A DNA stretch of 64,000 nt from a virus (Duplodnaviria; Heunggongvirae; Uroviricota; Caudoviricetes), in IMG/VR virus record IMGVR_UViG_3300020594_000001, positions 45,600 to 109,599 of that record; one strand, written 5' to 3'. Positions 32,824 through 42,495 of the stretch are shown here, one piece after another. The notes beneath the pieces are model-generated. The model worked only from the letters and a program-made list of their open reading frames with translations, ran no database searches and was not told where the DNA came from. The translations under genes were made by a program, and so were the position numbers. The stretch's first letter is position 1; every line of letters begins with the position of its first letter.

Positions 32824-32937
32824 ACGTTTTGTTCCCTTATTACGGTTGTTGAATAGACCAATGACGCGCACCGCACCCACGACAAGTAGCGCCGTGAATA
32901 CAGCGAGCCCGATGATTTGAAGAATGACTCCCATAAC
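32824..32937 (-). CDS. small membrane peptide, 37 aa (MGVILQIIGLAVFTALLVVGAVRVIGLFNNRNKGTKR), probably coupled to the SPFH gene
   Basis: Its TAA stop overlaps the SPFH ATG in a TAAATGA arrangement. Confidence 0.4.
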
Positions 32938-32955
32938 TCACCTTATAGTAAGTGC

Positions 32956-33534
32956 TTACTCTAATTCGGAGACGAAAAGATCGCTGGTTTTGTCGAGGGC
33001 TTCCCCGCAGAACGTCGCCAGCTTGCCAAGCTTTATAGTCTCGTCTTTGTTAAGGAAGTATGCAGACCTATTGATGACCAGCTTTGTCACCAATTTGCCC
33101 TCAATAAGCACCAAGCTGGCTTCAATCTGGACTCCCCCTGGCGCGTCACTGACGACTTCAAGTGGGGCTACTTCGGACTGAATGGGCTTTGAAGGTGGCT
33201 TCGTGGGTGCGTTCTTGGTGTAACCACCGTTGATACTCCCGAGCGGAAATTCGTGCTTAACCGCTTCTGTCACGAACGCCTCCAGACTGTCCTCGCTGAC
33301 GTAGACAGCCCCATCGGGCAGCTTCGTAGTGGTCATCTTGGCCCATGCGGGCGTGTTCGTTCGTGTTGACCGTTTGCCGCGTGAGTAGTTGTGTATGAAC
33401 GCGGTCCAGTAACCCTGGGGTAGGTCGCTATCGAGCGTGGACTTGATCAGCGTGGCGCTTTCAACAACGGTATACCAGCGCTTGCCATCCTTGTCAGTAA
33501 TCATGATTGGAACTCGGGTTGGGTCAGCATCCAA
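32956..33534 (-). CDS. hypothetical protein, 192 aa
   Basis: The palindromic motif at 32945..32961 lies in the short gap after its stop (towards the SPFH operon), not upstream of its start. Confidence 0.45.
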   Translation of the reverse strand: MDADPTRVPIMITDKDGKRWYTVVESATLIKSTLDSDLPQGYWTAFIHNYSRGKRSTRTNTPAWAKMTTTKLPDGAVYVSEDSLEAFVTEAVKHEFPLGSINGGYTKNAPTKPPSKPIQSEVAPLEVVSDAPGGVQIEASLVLIEGKLVTKLVINRSAYFLNKDETIKLGKLATFCGEALDKTSDLFVSELE

Positions 33535-33860
33535 TCAATCCAGCGCAGACGCACTGCCCTGAAGTCGACCTCATACTCATTCGCCCACACTTCATCATGG
33601 CGCACATACCCCTGATCCGCTATCCACCTCTCCAGGGTATTGACCCGGGGCCAACCAAGCAGGCCATTAATGAAACCCCTGACGCTATCTTTAGCCGCCC
33701 TGGTTTTAACCTGATTGTCCAAAGAAGTTTGCGGATGCCCCAAATACTTGGAGACGACCGCTTCAGCTGCGAGACATATGTAGCGCTCGCGTCCGCTTTC
33801 GATTAGCTTTCGCGCGCGAAGCAGAATTTCGCGCTTGGTTAATGGTCGACCACGACTCAT
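33501..33860 (-). CDS. hypothetical protein, 119 aa
   Basis: Minus-strand ORF. Confidence 0.4.
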   Translation of the reverse strand: MSRGRPLTKREILLRARKLIESGRERYICLAAEAVVSKYLGHPQTSLDNQVKTRAAKDSVRGFINGLLGWPRVNTLERWIADQGYVRHDEVWANEYEVDFRAVRLRWIDWMLTQPEFQS

Positions 33861-34174
33861 TGCGTTACTCCTTTCTCGACTTGCGATGCCATGAAGCTCA
33901 AAAGCTCTTTGGCGCTCATTTGGCCTGATTCGAATTCGTCGGGTATCGGGCCAGCGTATTTGATTCGAACGGCAGTGCCACCCCGCGTAATGCCCTTGAT
34001 CAGCGCGATGCTTTTGCGCGGATGAAGCTCGTAAGTGATGGTGGTGCCGTTAAGCGTAACGACGTCGTAGCTACCGTCACCATTGTCAGTTTCGACCCGA
34101 AACGCAATCGACAGCACATTGGTTTCGGGGGAGCCACCCCCGATGACTTGGCCTACCTTGAAGTCTGTCAGCAT
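33857..34174 (-). CDS. hypothetical protein, 105 aa
   Basis: Minus-strand ORF. Confidence 0.4.
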   Translation of the reverse strand: MLTDFKVGQVIGGGSPETNVLSIAFRVETDNGDGSYDVVTLNGTTITYELHPRKSIALIKGITRGGTAVRIKYAGPIPDEFESGQMSAKELLSFMASQVEKGVTQ

Positions 34175-34183
34175 GACGCCCTC

Positions 34184-34882
34184 TTACGCTGCGTCAGCAA
34201 CCGATTCGGGCGTGTCTTCGTCGTTCGCAGCGCCCTTGGGTGGCAGACCTGCTTTCTTCAGTTCTGCAAGAATGTTTGTCGTTACCGGAACGAGCGCGAA
34301 GCCACGCACGTCGTCATTCAGATCGCTGATGCCGACGATTTCCTTCAGTTCGGGGATTGCGATGTAGAAGTCGCGAAGCGTTTTAGCGGCATGAAGGTTC
34401 GACCGCATTTGGCTGATGAACTCTGGCAGGCTGTCACATATCTCTTTCAGCCGACGTTCCAGCGCTTTAAGACGACGCCCCTCGTTGGCGGTCAGGGTGA
34501 CAGGAAGGAGTTTGCTGTAACTGCCTGACGGTCCCGAAACCTCAATGTAGTCTCGATACCCGCATGTGAGCTTAATATTCAGTTGTGCGCCCGACCGCTC
34601 AAACCGCAAGGTGGGAAACTCAAGCTCTTCAGATTGACGTTCCTTCGCGGTGCGGTAGGTGAAGGTCGCAACGGTGTCGCTCACGAGATACTTCTGTATC
34701 GCTTCGTCTTTTCGCGCTTCGAAGTAGGCTGCGTGGTGCTTGGCAACCATTTCTTGCGCAAAAGTCCGGAATTGCGCTTGCAGGTCTTCAATACGCTTCT
34801 GGAAAGTGGTTCGGACCACTTTCTCAAGAATGCTGTTGCGCAACTCAGCGGACATCCGCTTCAGGGATTCTTTGACTGCCAT
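34184..34882 (-). CDS. hypothetical protein, 232 aa
   Basis: Minus-strand ORF. Confidence 0.45.
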   Translation of the reverse strand: MAVKESLKRMSAELRNSILEKVVRTTFQKRIEDLQAQFRTFAQEMVAKHHAAYFEARKDEAIQKYLVSDTVATFTYRTAKERQSEELEFPTLRFERSGAQLNIKLTCGYRDYIEVSGPSGSYSKLLPVTLTANEGRRLKALERRLKEICDSLPEFISQMRSNLHAAKTLRDFYIAIPELKEIVGISDLNDDVRGFALVPVTTNILAELKKAGLPPKGAANDEDTPESVADAA

Positions 34883-34906
34883 GCTTGCTCCTGGTGTGAA
34901 GATGGA

Positions 34907-35341
34907 TTACGCGCCGCGACGCAGCTTTGTCACGGTGTCGATCAGTTGGGCGGTGCCCATTTCTTTAAGTCTGACGTGTCGCTCCCGGCCCCCGTCAAAC
35001 AGCGCAAACGAGTCGTTGACCGTCATCGTTGCAGCTTTGATTTCACGTATGAGGTCGATACGAAGGAGCATCAGGTTCCAACGCGAATCGAATATCGACG
35101 TGGCGACATACAGCGAGGTGATCGAGTCCTCTTTGCTGCCCGCAACGTATTCAATGACCTTGCCTGGGAAAGCGTGGTGCCCGAACAGGCAAACATGCCC
35201 GCCCTCGTAGCTACGAACCCAGAAGCCCTCCTGGGCAGCGTCAGGCACCTCAACCAGGTAGCGCAACATCGACTCGACGGTCTTTTCGTCGCTCAAGGGC
35301 TTGATGTCGCGGTTAGCGCGAATCAACAGATTTTCAACCAT
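34907..35341 (-). CDS. hypothetical protein, 144 aa
   Basis: The motif at 35343..35365 lies upstream. Confidence 0.45.
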   Translation of the reverse strand: MVENLLIRANRDIKPLSDEKTVESMLRYLVEVPDAAQEGFWVRSYEGGHVCLFGHHAFPGKVIEYVAGSKEDSITSLYVATSIFDSRWNLMLLRIDLIREIKAATMTVNDSFALFDGGRERHVRLKEMGTAQLIDTVTKLRRGA

Positions 35342-35365
35342 TGTAAGTAAGCTCTCACTACAAGT

Positions 35366-35791
35366 TTAGAGTAAAGAAAAGCCCTTTGAATTCAGGGTTT
35401 TGATGATTTCGCGCAACTTTGCGCGCACCGCTTCGAGCGGGTTTACCTCGTCTTTATAGTCAAAGACATGGTTGATTGCGTTCTGGCCAGACCTAAACAT
35501 GGTGTAGGTAAGCCTGCCGGCATGATTGTTCACCAAGCGAACAAGCGCCCCGCTCGTTTCGTGCCAGAACACGATCTTGGTTTCTGGCGCTCGGCGGTTC
35601 TCGTTCATCTGCTCAATGGCAACCAGAAAGTCGCCGTCGACCAGACCGCCTACAGCTGACCATAGGGTGTCAATCCCGCACCCATACTGCGCGGCGGTGA
35701 TCTTCCCAGAGGTGCGATCGAGCTCCAAGCGCTCAATCGTTTCATAGGTCTTGCGCACGATTTCCTCGTGCAGGGTCGGGGTTTCGCTCAT
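35366..35791 (-). CDS. hypothetical protein, 141 aa
   Basis: Minus-strand ORF. Confidence 0.4.
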   Translation of the reverse strand: MSETPTLHEEIVRKTYETIERLELDRTSGKITAAQYGCGIDTLWSAVGGLVDGDFLVAIEQMNENRRAPETKIVFWHETSGALVRLVNNHAGRLTYTMFRSGQNAINHVFDYKDEVNPLEAVRAKLREIIKTLNSKGFSLL

Positions 35792-36432
35792 CAGTGATAA
35801 ATAACGGGTTGCCCCGTGTATTCCTCGGTAAGTTTCATCTTCGCAGCATGCTCAACCGCACGCTTCTCGACAATGCTGCATAGTGACTCCACCCGATCGG
35901 CAATGTCGACCTGGAAGCGCGGAATTCGGTAGACCTTGGGCGCGACCTGGGGCATGAGGCATAGCCCCTCAATGACCAGGGCCAGATGGTCGATGAACGG
36001 GCGCGACAGCGAAGCCTTGCCCTCTTCTGCGATCAGAGGGATTGCTGGGCTAACCAGCACCACCGTAGAGAAGTGGCGATTCAGCACCTGCATACAGTCG
36101 TCGGTATAGTCGTAAAGCGCGCGCTCGTCCTTGGGGGTGAGCATCGCTTGACCAATCTCGACCATGGTGTAGGCCATCAGGTCGATGGGGGTTCTATCTG
36201 TAACGAACAGCTGCGCGCCAGCATTGCTGTATAAGCGGTCAAATTCGTCAAGAATTCGACGCTGAACCTCCAGTCGCTTGCCCATGGGCAAGGTTTCGCT
36301 TGGGGAAACCCCCATGGCTTTAAAAACCGCAGACGCGGTAGTTTGCACAAAGGGAATGCCCTCGTATTCTGCAAACGCCCGCGCCAGGGTGGATTTGCCT
36401 GTGCGATGCGAACCTGACAAGCCAAGACTCAT
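35791..36432 (-). CDS. P-loop NTPase, putative nucleotide or nucleoside kinase-like
   Basis: Walker A motif GSHRTGKSTLA near the N-terminus. Confidence 0.5.
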   Translation of the reverse strand: MSLGLSGSHRTGKSTLARAFAEYEGIPFVQTTASAVFKAMGVSPSETLPMGKRLEVQRRILDEFDRLYSNAGAQLFVTDRTPIDLMAYTMVEIGQAMLTPKDERALYDYTDDCMQVLNRHFSTVVLVSPAIPLIAEEGKASLSRPFIDHLALVIEGLCLMPQVAPKVYRIPRFQVDIADRVESLCSIVEKRAVEHAAKMKLTEEYTGQPVIYH

Positions 36433-36851
36433 TTTGCAGCCACTTCCTCGCCAGTCCAGCCGTGCTCACGCAGCACCCGAGCAATGTCGGGTTTGCGGTA
36501 GCCCTCGGGCTTGAGAATCTTCCCATCTTCGCGACGAATGACCTTGCCGTCGACCACTTTGCTCATGTTCGAGCGGTGAACCTCGTCCCATAGCTCTTGC
36601 ATGGGAAAGCCACAGCTTTCGCCATACTCGGTAATGACCTTGATCATGTCGATCAAGCCATCAGCAACCTCGACAATGTCGCCCGCTTCGCGCGCAAGAC
36701 GCGTTTCTTTAAACTCTTCCTTGATCAGTTCCCACTGCATTTCCTCGCTTGGATAGACCAAGGTAGGTGAATCAGGGAACGGCTTGTCGCACGCCTCCAT
36801 GAATTCGATGTTGTCTTCGAAGGGGTTGTTAGCGTAGTGTTCGCTGCCCAT
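36429..36851 (-). CDS. mazG: MazG-like nucleotide pyrophosphohydrolase
   Basis: The EExxE...D array EEFKETRLAREAGDIVEVADGLIDMI is typical of all-alpha NTP-PPases. Confidence 0.6.
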   Translation of the reverse strand: MGSEHYANNPFEDNIEFMEACDKPFPDSPTLVYPSEEMQWELIKEEFKETRLAREAGDIVEVADGLIDMIKVITEYGESCGFPMQELWDEVHRSNMSKVVDGKVIRREDGKILKPEGYRKPDIARVLREHGWTGEEVAAK

Positions 36852-37696
36852 TATTTGTTCCAGTGAATGATTTCAAGCTCTTTTCGATGTTGTATCCACC
36901 CTTCCAGATTTCCGTGCAGGTGGGGGTTGCACCATGAACCGTCGGGGTTCTTTCGGTCGGGGGTTGCAACGTGTTCAGCGGGTGATGCGTGCAGCGGGCG
37001 CGAGCCCACAAGACGGTCGTAAAGCGCCATGTCCTTGTCGGCGCTAGGCGTCTTTCCGTCGTGGGTCATATATGAGACCCGTGCGTTGCGAGCGGTCGAA
37101 ATGCCCTTAAGCGTCGCGATGTCATGTTCTAGCTGAACTCGCTCACGGGCGCTTACGTAGGGCAGGTGCCACTGTCCCGGTTTCAGTAACTTAGGCTTGC
37201 TGGCGGCCAATGCTTCGCGAAAACTGCGCGCCTCTACCTGGATTTCGGGCTGGGCGTCGGAGTGGTCCCGAAGCTCAAAAAAGTTATCCCAATTGGTGGA
37301 TGAAACCACCACGCAAATGTTCGAGAACCACTCAGTTGGTCGATTCGCCCATTGCTTGTGCAGACCTAGCTCTGCGAGCTCCTGGCAACCCCGCATCACA
37401 TACTCAGCCATGTCGTGCCAGATGAAGCGGGCGCGTTCCAGAGCCTCCCCAGTCAAACACTCTTCTGAAGCCTGCATCCCGGGCTGGTTAAGTCCATACC
37501 GAATGGGCTCCACAATCGCCTCTTTAGCCCGTCTTATCTGTCGCGCCACTGGGATCGCTCGCGACGAAGATGCATTTCTGCTGAACACCCGATGGGTCAT
37601 AAAGTCAGCATGCACGAACCGTGGGTGTTCCGTTTCCAGAGTCGTCATACGGTGACCGTATTCTGAGACGCTGTCCTCGATAACTTTCACATACAT
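36851..37696 (-). CDS. thyX: flavin-dependent thymidylate synthase ThyX
   Basis: ThyX signature RHRxxxxxxS is present as THRVFSRNASSSR; 281 aa. Confidence 0.7.
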   Translation of the reverse strand: MYVKVIEDSVSEYGHRMTTLETEHPRFVHADFMTHRVFSRNASSSRAIPVARQIRRAKEAIVEPIRYGLNQPGMQASEECLTGEALERARFIWHDMAEYVMRGCQELAELGLHKQWANRPTEWFSNICVVVSSTNWDNFFELRDHSDAQPEIQVEARSFREALAASKPKLLKPGQWHLPYVSARERVQLEHDIATLKGISTARNARVSYMTHDGKTPSADKDMALYDRLVGSRPLHASPAEHVATPDRKNPDGSWCNPHLHGNLEGWIQHRKELEIIHWNK

Positions 37697-37980
37697 TACG
37701 CAGCCACCTCGTCACGAACCTGCTTGGCGGGCTTGAAGGTGATAACCTTCTTCTCGGCGATTTCAACAGCTTCACCCGTGCGGGGGTTGCGCCCGGTGCG
37801 GGCAGCACGGGTCTTTTGCTCGAACTTGCCAAAGCCCTGAAGGTTCACGAGATTGCCCTGAGCGACCTCGACGCGAATGCGGTCGCACAGATCGCCCACC
37901 AGCTTCTCGGCAAACGCTCGATTGGTGCCACTTACGCTCGCAAGATACGCTGCAAGCTCCTTCTTGGTAATGACTGCCAT
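37696..37980 (-). CDS. HU/IHF-family DNA-binding protein, phage-encoded
   Basis: Motifs [14 protein letters not shown] and FKPAK are HU-family arm sequences. Confidence 0.7.
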   Translation of the reverse strand: MAVITKKELAAYLASVSGTNRAFAEKLVGDLCDRIRVEVAQGNLVNLQGFGKFEQKTRAARTGRNPRTGEAVEIAEKKVITFKPAKQVRDEVAA

Positions 37981-38000
37981 TGTTGGTCCTTTCAAGTGTT

Positions 38001-38024
38001 AAAAAAGCCAGCCAAAGGGCTGGC
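38001..38024 (-). terminator. rho-independent terminator after nrdB
   Basis: On the minus strand the hairpin GCCAGCCCTTTGGCTGGC is followed by TTTTTT. Confidence 0.6.
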
Positions 38025-38075
38025 GTTACGGGATTTATAGTTAGCGACGACTATCGCCCTTCGCACAAGGCATCG

Positions 38076-39071
38076 TCACCACTGCAGAGCGCCCACCTGA
38101 TACGTCTTGACCTTGCCTTCGAAGAAATTGGTCTCGTTCTTGTTGACCTTGGCGAACTCTTCGACCCACTCGCACGGGTGTTTCACGCCCGGGTAGATTG
38201 GCGACATCCCAATGAGGCCCGCGCAGGTATTCGCGCGCACCTTGATGTAGTCACTGACAATCTGGTCTGTCAGCCCCAGAACCCCGCCCTTGATCGTGTA
38301 GCAGCCCCAGGTCGTTTCGAGCTCGACCGCAGCTTTGAATAGCTCGACCGCGTCTCGATAGAACTGCATATCGAAGATTTCGGGGCACTCTTGCTTAAGC
38401 CCATGGAACATCGCGGCGAAAAAATGAAGGTGGCAGACTTCGTCCTTTTGGATGAACTTGATCATGTCCGAGCTGCCCAGCATCTTGCCGCGCTTGGCCA
38501 GGGTGTAGAAGTCCAGAAAGCCCGAGTAGAAATACACCCCTTCGAGGATGACGTTGGCCACTACTGCCAAAGCAAAGTTTCGGGGGGAATACTCTTCACG
38601 CAAGATGCGCGACTGGCGCATGATGTATTCGTTCTTCGCTGCCAGCACCCCGTCGCGCTCGAACGTCATGTAGACAGCCATAGGATCAAGACTCACCGTC
38701 TCGATGAGTGTTGCGTAGCTGTTGACGTGGTTCACTTCTTCGAACGCTTGGCGAGCAAGCCCCATCGACACTTCGGGGCTCGTGATCACTGCGCCGATGT
38801 TGTTGGAAAGGTTGTTGAACTGAATGCCATCCAGGTTCGACAGGAACGCCAGCGCCTTGTCATACATGTTGCGCTCAGCTTCGGTCAGGTCGTTGTTGTA
38901 GCACTGGCGCTCTTTGGACAGATCGACCTCTGCGGGGAACCATGTGTTCGCGCACATCTGATCGTAGTAGTCCTTCGCCCACGCATGCTTCAGGGGTGAA
39001 ACCATCATCAGGTCAGACCGTGGGCCATCGATGATGCGTCGGGCGTTTACGATGTCTTGATACTTGTTCAC
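38076..39071 (-). CDS. nrdB: ribonucleotide reductase small subunit (class I, NrdB-like)
   Basis: Iron-ligand ExxH motifs and EGVYFYSGF; 331 aa; adjacent to nrdA. Confidence 0.8.
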   Translation of the reverse strand: MNKYQDIVNARRIIDGPRSDLMMVSPLKHAWAKDYYDQMCANTWFPAEVDLSKERQCYNNDLTEAERNMYDKALAFLSNLDGIQFNNLSNNIGAVITSPEVSMGLARQAFEEVNHVNSYATLIETVSLDPMAVYMTFERDGVLAAKNEYIMRQSRILREEYSPRNFALAVVANVILEGVYFYSGFLDFYTLAKRGKMLGSSDMIKFIQKDEVCHLHFFAAMFHGLKQECPEIFDMQFYRDAVELFKAAVELETTWGCYTIKGGVLGLTDQIVSDYIKVRANTCAGLIGMSPIYPGVKHPCEWVEEFAKVNKNETNFFEGKVKTYQVGALQW

Positions 39072-39075
39072 CTCG

Positions 39076-39333
39076 CTACTCTCCCGGTCGGGCTACGGCG
39101 CGCACAAGGGCCATGAAGCCAGTTTGGATGTCAGTCTTGGCGATTGCTGCCCAACGGTAGGGCTCGCCATTCAACACTCCACCTGATTGTGCTGCCGTCT
39201 CGCGAAGATGGTCGAGCACACGTTCGTGCAGTGCCAGAATCTCCGCTTCCTTCTGCTTGACTTCGTTCATCAGGTCGATTTCAGCCTGAGTCAACTCGCG
39301 ATACCCATTGATTTGTCGGTGCTGGTTGTCCAC
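39076..39333 (-). CDS. hypothetical protein, 85 aa
   Basis: Lies between nrdA and nrdB. Confidence 0.4.
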   Translation of the reverse strand: MDNQHRQINGYRELTQAEIDLMNEVKQKEAEILALHERVLDHLRETAAQSGGVLNGEPYRWAAIAKTDIQTGFMALVRAVARPGE

Positions 39334-39337
39334 TGCG

Positions 39338-39553
39338 TTACTCCATGAATGCGCTGACGCGCTCGTTTAAGCACTGAACGAGCAGCGCCATAAGAAAGTG
39401 CTGACGCGCAAGGCGCATCTGTTCTGGTATAGGAACGCTGTCAAACTCGTCACTCTCGACGAATGCATTCAAGCTGTGCAGCCGGCAGCTGGCTTCGCTA
39501 AGCTCAGCAACAACCCTCTGTTGATATGGGGCTAAGTCTTTGTATGACTTCAT
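39338..39553 (-). CDS. hypothetical protein, 71 aa
   Basis: Minus-strand ORF. Confidence 0.4.
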   Translation of the reverse strand: MKSYKDLAPYQQRVVAELSEASCRLHSLNAFVESDEFDSVPIPEQMRLARQHFLMALLVQCLNERVSAFME

Positions 39554-39572
39554 GTATTCCTCAGTAAGAAAC

Positions 39573-39613
39573 GGGGCGTCATACGCCCCTTTATAGTGAG
39601 TGCTTACTTACGT
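39573..39613 (-). promoter_or_regulatory. phage motif (AAGTAAGCACTCACTATAAAGG) followed by hairpin GGGGCGTATGACGCCCC
   Basis: It lies between the nrdA stop and the next gene. The motif-plus-hairpin arrangement recurs at 43098..43140. Confidence 0.5.
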
Positions 39614-39614
39614 T

Positions 39615-41900
39615 TCACTGACAAGATTCGCAATCAGGATCGGAGATAGAGCAAAACTTCGCTTCTTCCTGAACAGGCTTTTCAGCCTTTGCAGCAACCT
39701 CGTCGACGTCGACCACCTTCCTACGCAAGTAGTAGGTCGTTTTCAGACCACTACGCCATGCATCCAAGTAGATATCCGACAAATCACGCCCGCGCATGTC
39801 GTTGCCCACGAAGATGTTCACGCTCTGCGACTGATCGATCCATTTCTGGCGCTTTGCGGCAGTTGCGATTACCCACTTGGCAGCAACTTCGAACGCGTGC
39901 TTGACGAGAAAGCCATGCAGCGCGCTGGGCGCGATGACGGTGAAGTCGCCCGACAGGTTCTCTTTCGTGTATTCGAGCTCGTAAGGCGGCTCGATGCTGG
40001 GAGTTACGCCCGCGATGTTGGCAATGGTCGCGGTCGGAGCAATCGCCATGACGTTGCTGTTACGCATGCCATTGCGCATCACTTTAGATCGCAGCCGAGC
40101 CCAGTCAAGACGTTGGGTATCATCGCGCGCGGTATTGATCGGAAGAATACCAAGCGACCACTTGCTACCCTCGAAAGTCTCGTATGCACCTCGCTCCAGG
40201 GCGAGGTCGCAAGACGCTTCAATTGCGTAATATGAAATTCGCTCAAAGAGCGCGTCTTGCAACTCGACGTTCTCAGCACTTTCCCAGTCGATCTTCAGCT
40301 TAGCAAGCATGTCGGAAAGACCCATCACGCCCAAACCAATGGGGCGATGCTTCAGGTTCGACGTGCGCGCCCGCTCACTCGGGTAAAAGTTCAGGTCAAC
40401 CACGTTGTCGAGCATTCGCACTGCAGTGCGAGTTGTCTCGCGAAGCTTTTCGTAGTCGATCATGCCGTGCGCGACATGCCTGGACAGATTGATGGAGCCC
40501 AGGTTGCACACCGCGCTTTCTTCATCGCTGGTGTTCAGCGTGATTTCGGTGCACAGGTTTGAATTGTGGACTACGCCGACGTGTGATTGGGGATTGCGAC
40601 GGTTCGACTCGTCTTTGAAGGTGACCCAGGGGTGCCCCGTTTCCCATAAGCTGGTGATGACCTTGCGCCATACCTCTGCAGCGGGCAGCTGGTTCACATA
40701 CGCGCCTTTCTGCTCCAATTCCACGTAGCGCGCCTCGAACGCGTCGCCATATAGTTCGTGAAGCTCGGGATAGAGGTTTGGCGAGAAGAATGACCACATG
40801 CCGCCCTCTTCGACCCGCTTGAAGAACAGGTCAGGCATCCACCCAGCAGGGAAGATGTCATGGGCGCGCCGACGTTCGTCACCAGAATTCTTCTTGATAT
40901 CGCAGAAGTCCATGAAGTCAGGGTGCCAGGGCTCAAGGTAAGCTGCGAATGCGCCATTGCGCTTGCCGCCCTGGTTGACGGCTACCGCTGTGTCATTGAA
41001 GATTTTCAGGTAAGGAACGACGCCCGCTGACTTACCGTTGGTGCCCTTGATGACGTCGCCCGCGCCACGAACGCGGGTCCAGTCGGTGCCAATACCGCCC
41101 GCCCACTTGGAGAAGATCGCGCACTCGGTGATGGTTCCGAAGATCGATGCGTATTCGTTCTGCCCGTGCTCAGCCACCAGGGTGTCGCTCACGGTATTTA
41201 GGTAGCACGAGCTCATTTGGCTGTGTGGCGTGCCCGAGTTGAACAACGTAGGGGTCGAGCTCAGAAAATCGAACTTCGAAAGAACGTTGTAGAACTCGAT
41301 TGCCTGCTCGGTTACTGACGAACAATTGAATGGCGTATCGGGCGTGCGATGCAGGGGGTCACGAAGCGCCAAGCCCATCGCCACACGCATGAGAAAGTGC
41401 TGCGGCATTTCGATAATGGGGGCTTTCTTCTGGCCGGGCTTCTGTGCAGCGCGAATAAGGTAACGGTCAGCAACGGTTTGGAGGCCCAGGTAGTCAAACT
41501 GGTAGTCCCGGCCAGGAACAATCGCACCATTCAAAGCATCTAGGTCGAAAAATGCGAGCGTGCTGTTCAGCCTGCCTTCTCGAATGCCTTTGGCGATGTA
41601 ATCGCGCAGGTGGGGGTATTCGACCGCTCCACCCGTGACTTCTTTGTAGACTTTCATCAGCAGCAATCGCGCTGCGACGTAGGTGTAATCGGGTTGCGCC
41701 CGGGAAATGAGCGAAGCAGCAGAAATAATCTGTGCGTCGTGGATGTCGCTTGTTTTGATGCCATCGAAGAACTGGGTGCTGATCTTGACTTCAAGCTCGC
41801 TTTGCGAGACATCCAGACCCTCGCAGGCAAAGGCGCTTAGGCGCTGAATCTTTGCGATATCCAGCGGCTGCGTGCTGCCATCGCGCTTAGTGACGTGCAT
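39615..41900 (-). CDS. nrdA: ribonucleotide reductase large subunit (class I, NrdA-like) with N-terminal ATP-cone
   Basis: ATP-cone VTKRDGSTQPLDIAKI, the RNR catalytic core, and a C-terminal CESC pair; 761 aa. Confidence 0.85.
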   Translation of the reverse strand: MHVTKRDGSTQPLDIAKIQRLSAFACEGLDVSQSELEVKISTQFFDGIKTSDIHDAQIISAASLISRAQPDYTYVAARLLLMKVYKEVTGGAVEYPHLRDYIAKGIREGRLNSTLAFFDLDALNGAIVPGRDYQFDYLGLQTVADRYLIRAAQKPGQKKAPIIEMPQHFLMRVAMGLALRDPLHRTPDTPFNCSSVTEQAIEFYNVLSKFDFLSSTPTLFNSGTPHSQMSSCYLNTVSDTLVAEHGQNEYASIFGTITECAIFSKWAGGIGTDWTRVRGAGDVIKGTNGKSAGVVPYLKIFNDTAVAVNQGGKRNGAFAAYLEPWHPDFMDFCDIKKNSGDERRRAHDIFPAGWMPDLFFKRVEEGGMWSFFSPNLYPELHELYGDAFEARYVELEQKGAYVNQLPAAEVWRKVITSLWETGHPWVTFKDESNRRNPQSHVGVVHNSNLCTEITLNTSDEESAVCNLGSINLSRHVAHGMIDYEKLRETTRTAVRMLDNVVDLNFYPSERARTSNLKHRPIGLGVMGLSDMLAKLKIDWESAENVELQDALFERISYYAIEASCDLALERGAYETFEGSKWSLGILPINTARDDTQRLDWARLRSKVMRNGMRNSNVMAIAPTATIANIAGVTPSIEPPYELEYTKENLSGDFTVIAPSALHGFLVKHAFEVAAKWVIATAAKRQKWIDQSQSVNIFVGNDMRGRDLSDIYLDAWRSGLKTTYYLRRKVVDVDEVAAKAEKPVQEEAKFCSISDPDCESCQ

Positions 41901-41977
41901 TTTGTTCCTTCTTAAACGTGGAGGTGTGTCGGTCGATTGTAAGTAAGCGCTCGCTTACACTTCAAACCAAAAGATTG

Positions 41978-42493
41978 CTACCAGATGCCAGCGTTGTCTC
42001 CGTGCGGGACACACAAGTCATCGTCTTTCTCAGACAGCGGTGACCCTGGATCGTCGCATGCCTCGTCGAAAATCATTGTGGTGAATTCTCCTCCAGTTAA
42101 AGCGGCGTCGTGGCGAAACTTGACTCGCCCACCACATTCACAAATCTTTCGAAGAAGTTCTGCCGATCCTTTATCTGTGATTAAGTTCAGAGTGACCTCT
42201 ATTTCGCCGCCAGCATTTCTGACGGAACATTCAGAACGCATAATAACGGCACTAGCTTCGGCGCTAGACGCAGCTATCAAGCCCGGTAACACAGACTTTC
42301 CCATTCTTCTTGCAGTGTAGGTGCTACCAGAAATGGCGTGAAATTCTTTAGGCTTTGTGGAGGAAAGATCCAACCACGACGGAAACGGCTCATGTCGCGG
42401 TGACGGCGAATAATAAGTCAATTCATCATCTTCCTTCGCGCTCCCCAGGATACTCTCGATCGAGCCATCAAAGATGCTAGGTTTCTTGATCAT
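41978..42493 (-). CDS. hypothetical protein, 171 aa
   Basis: Minus-strand ORF. Confidence 0.4.
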   Translation of the reverse strand: MIKKPSIFDGSIESILGSAKEDDELTYYSPSPRHEPFPSWLDLSSTKPKEFHAISGSTYTARRMGKSVLPGLIAASSAEASAVIMRSECSVRNAGGEIEVTLNLITDKGSAELLRKICECGGRVKFRHDAALTGGEFTTMIFDEACDDPGSPLSEKDDDLCVPHGDNAGIW

Positions 42494-42495
42494 AG

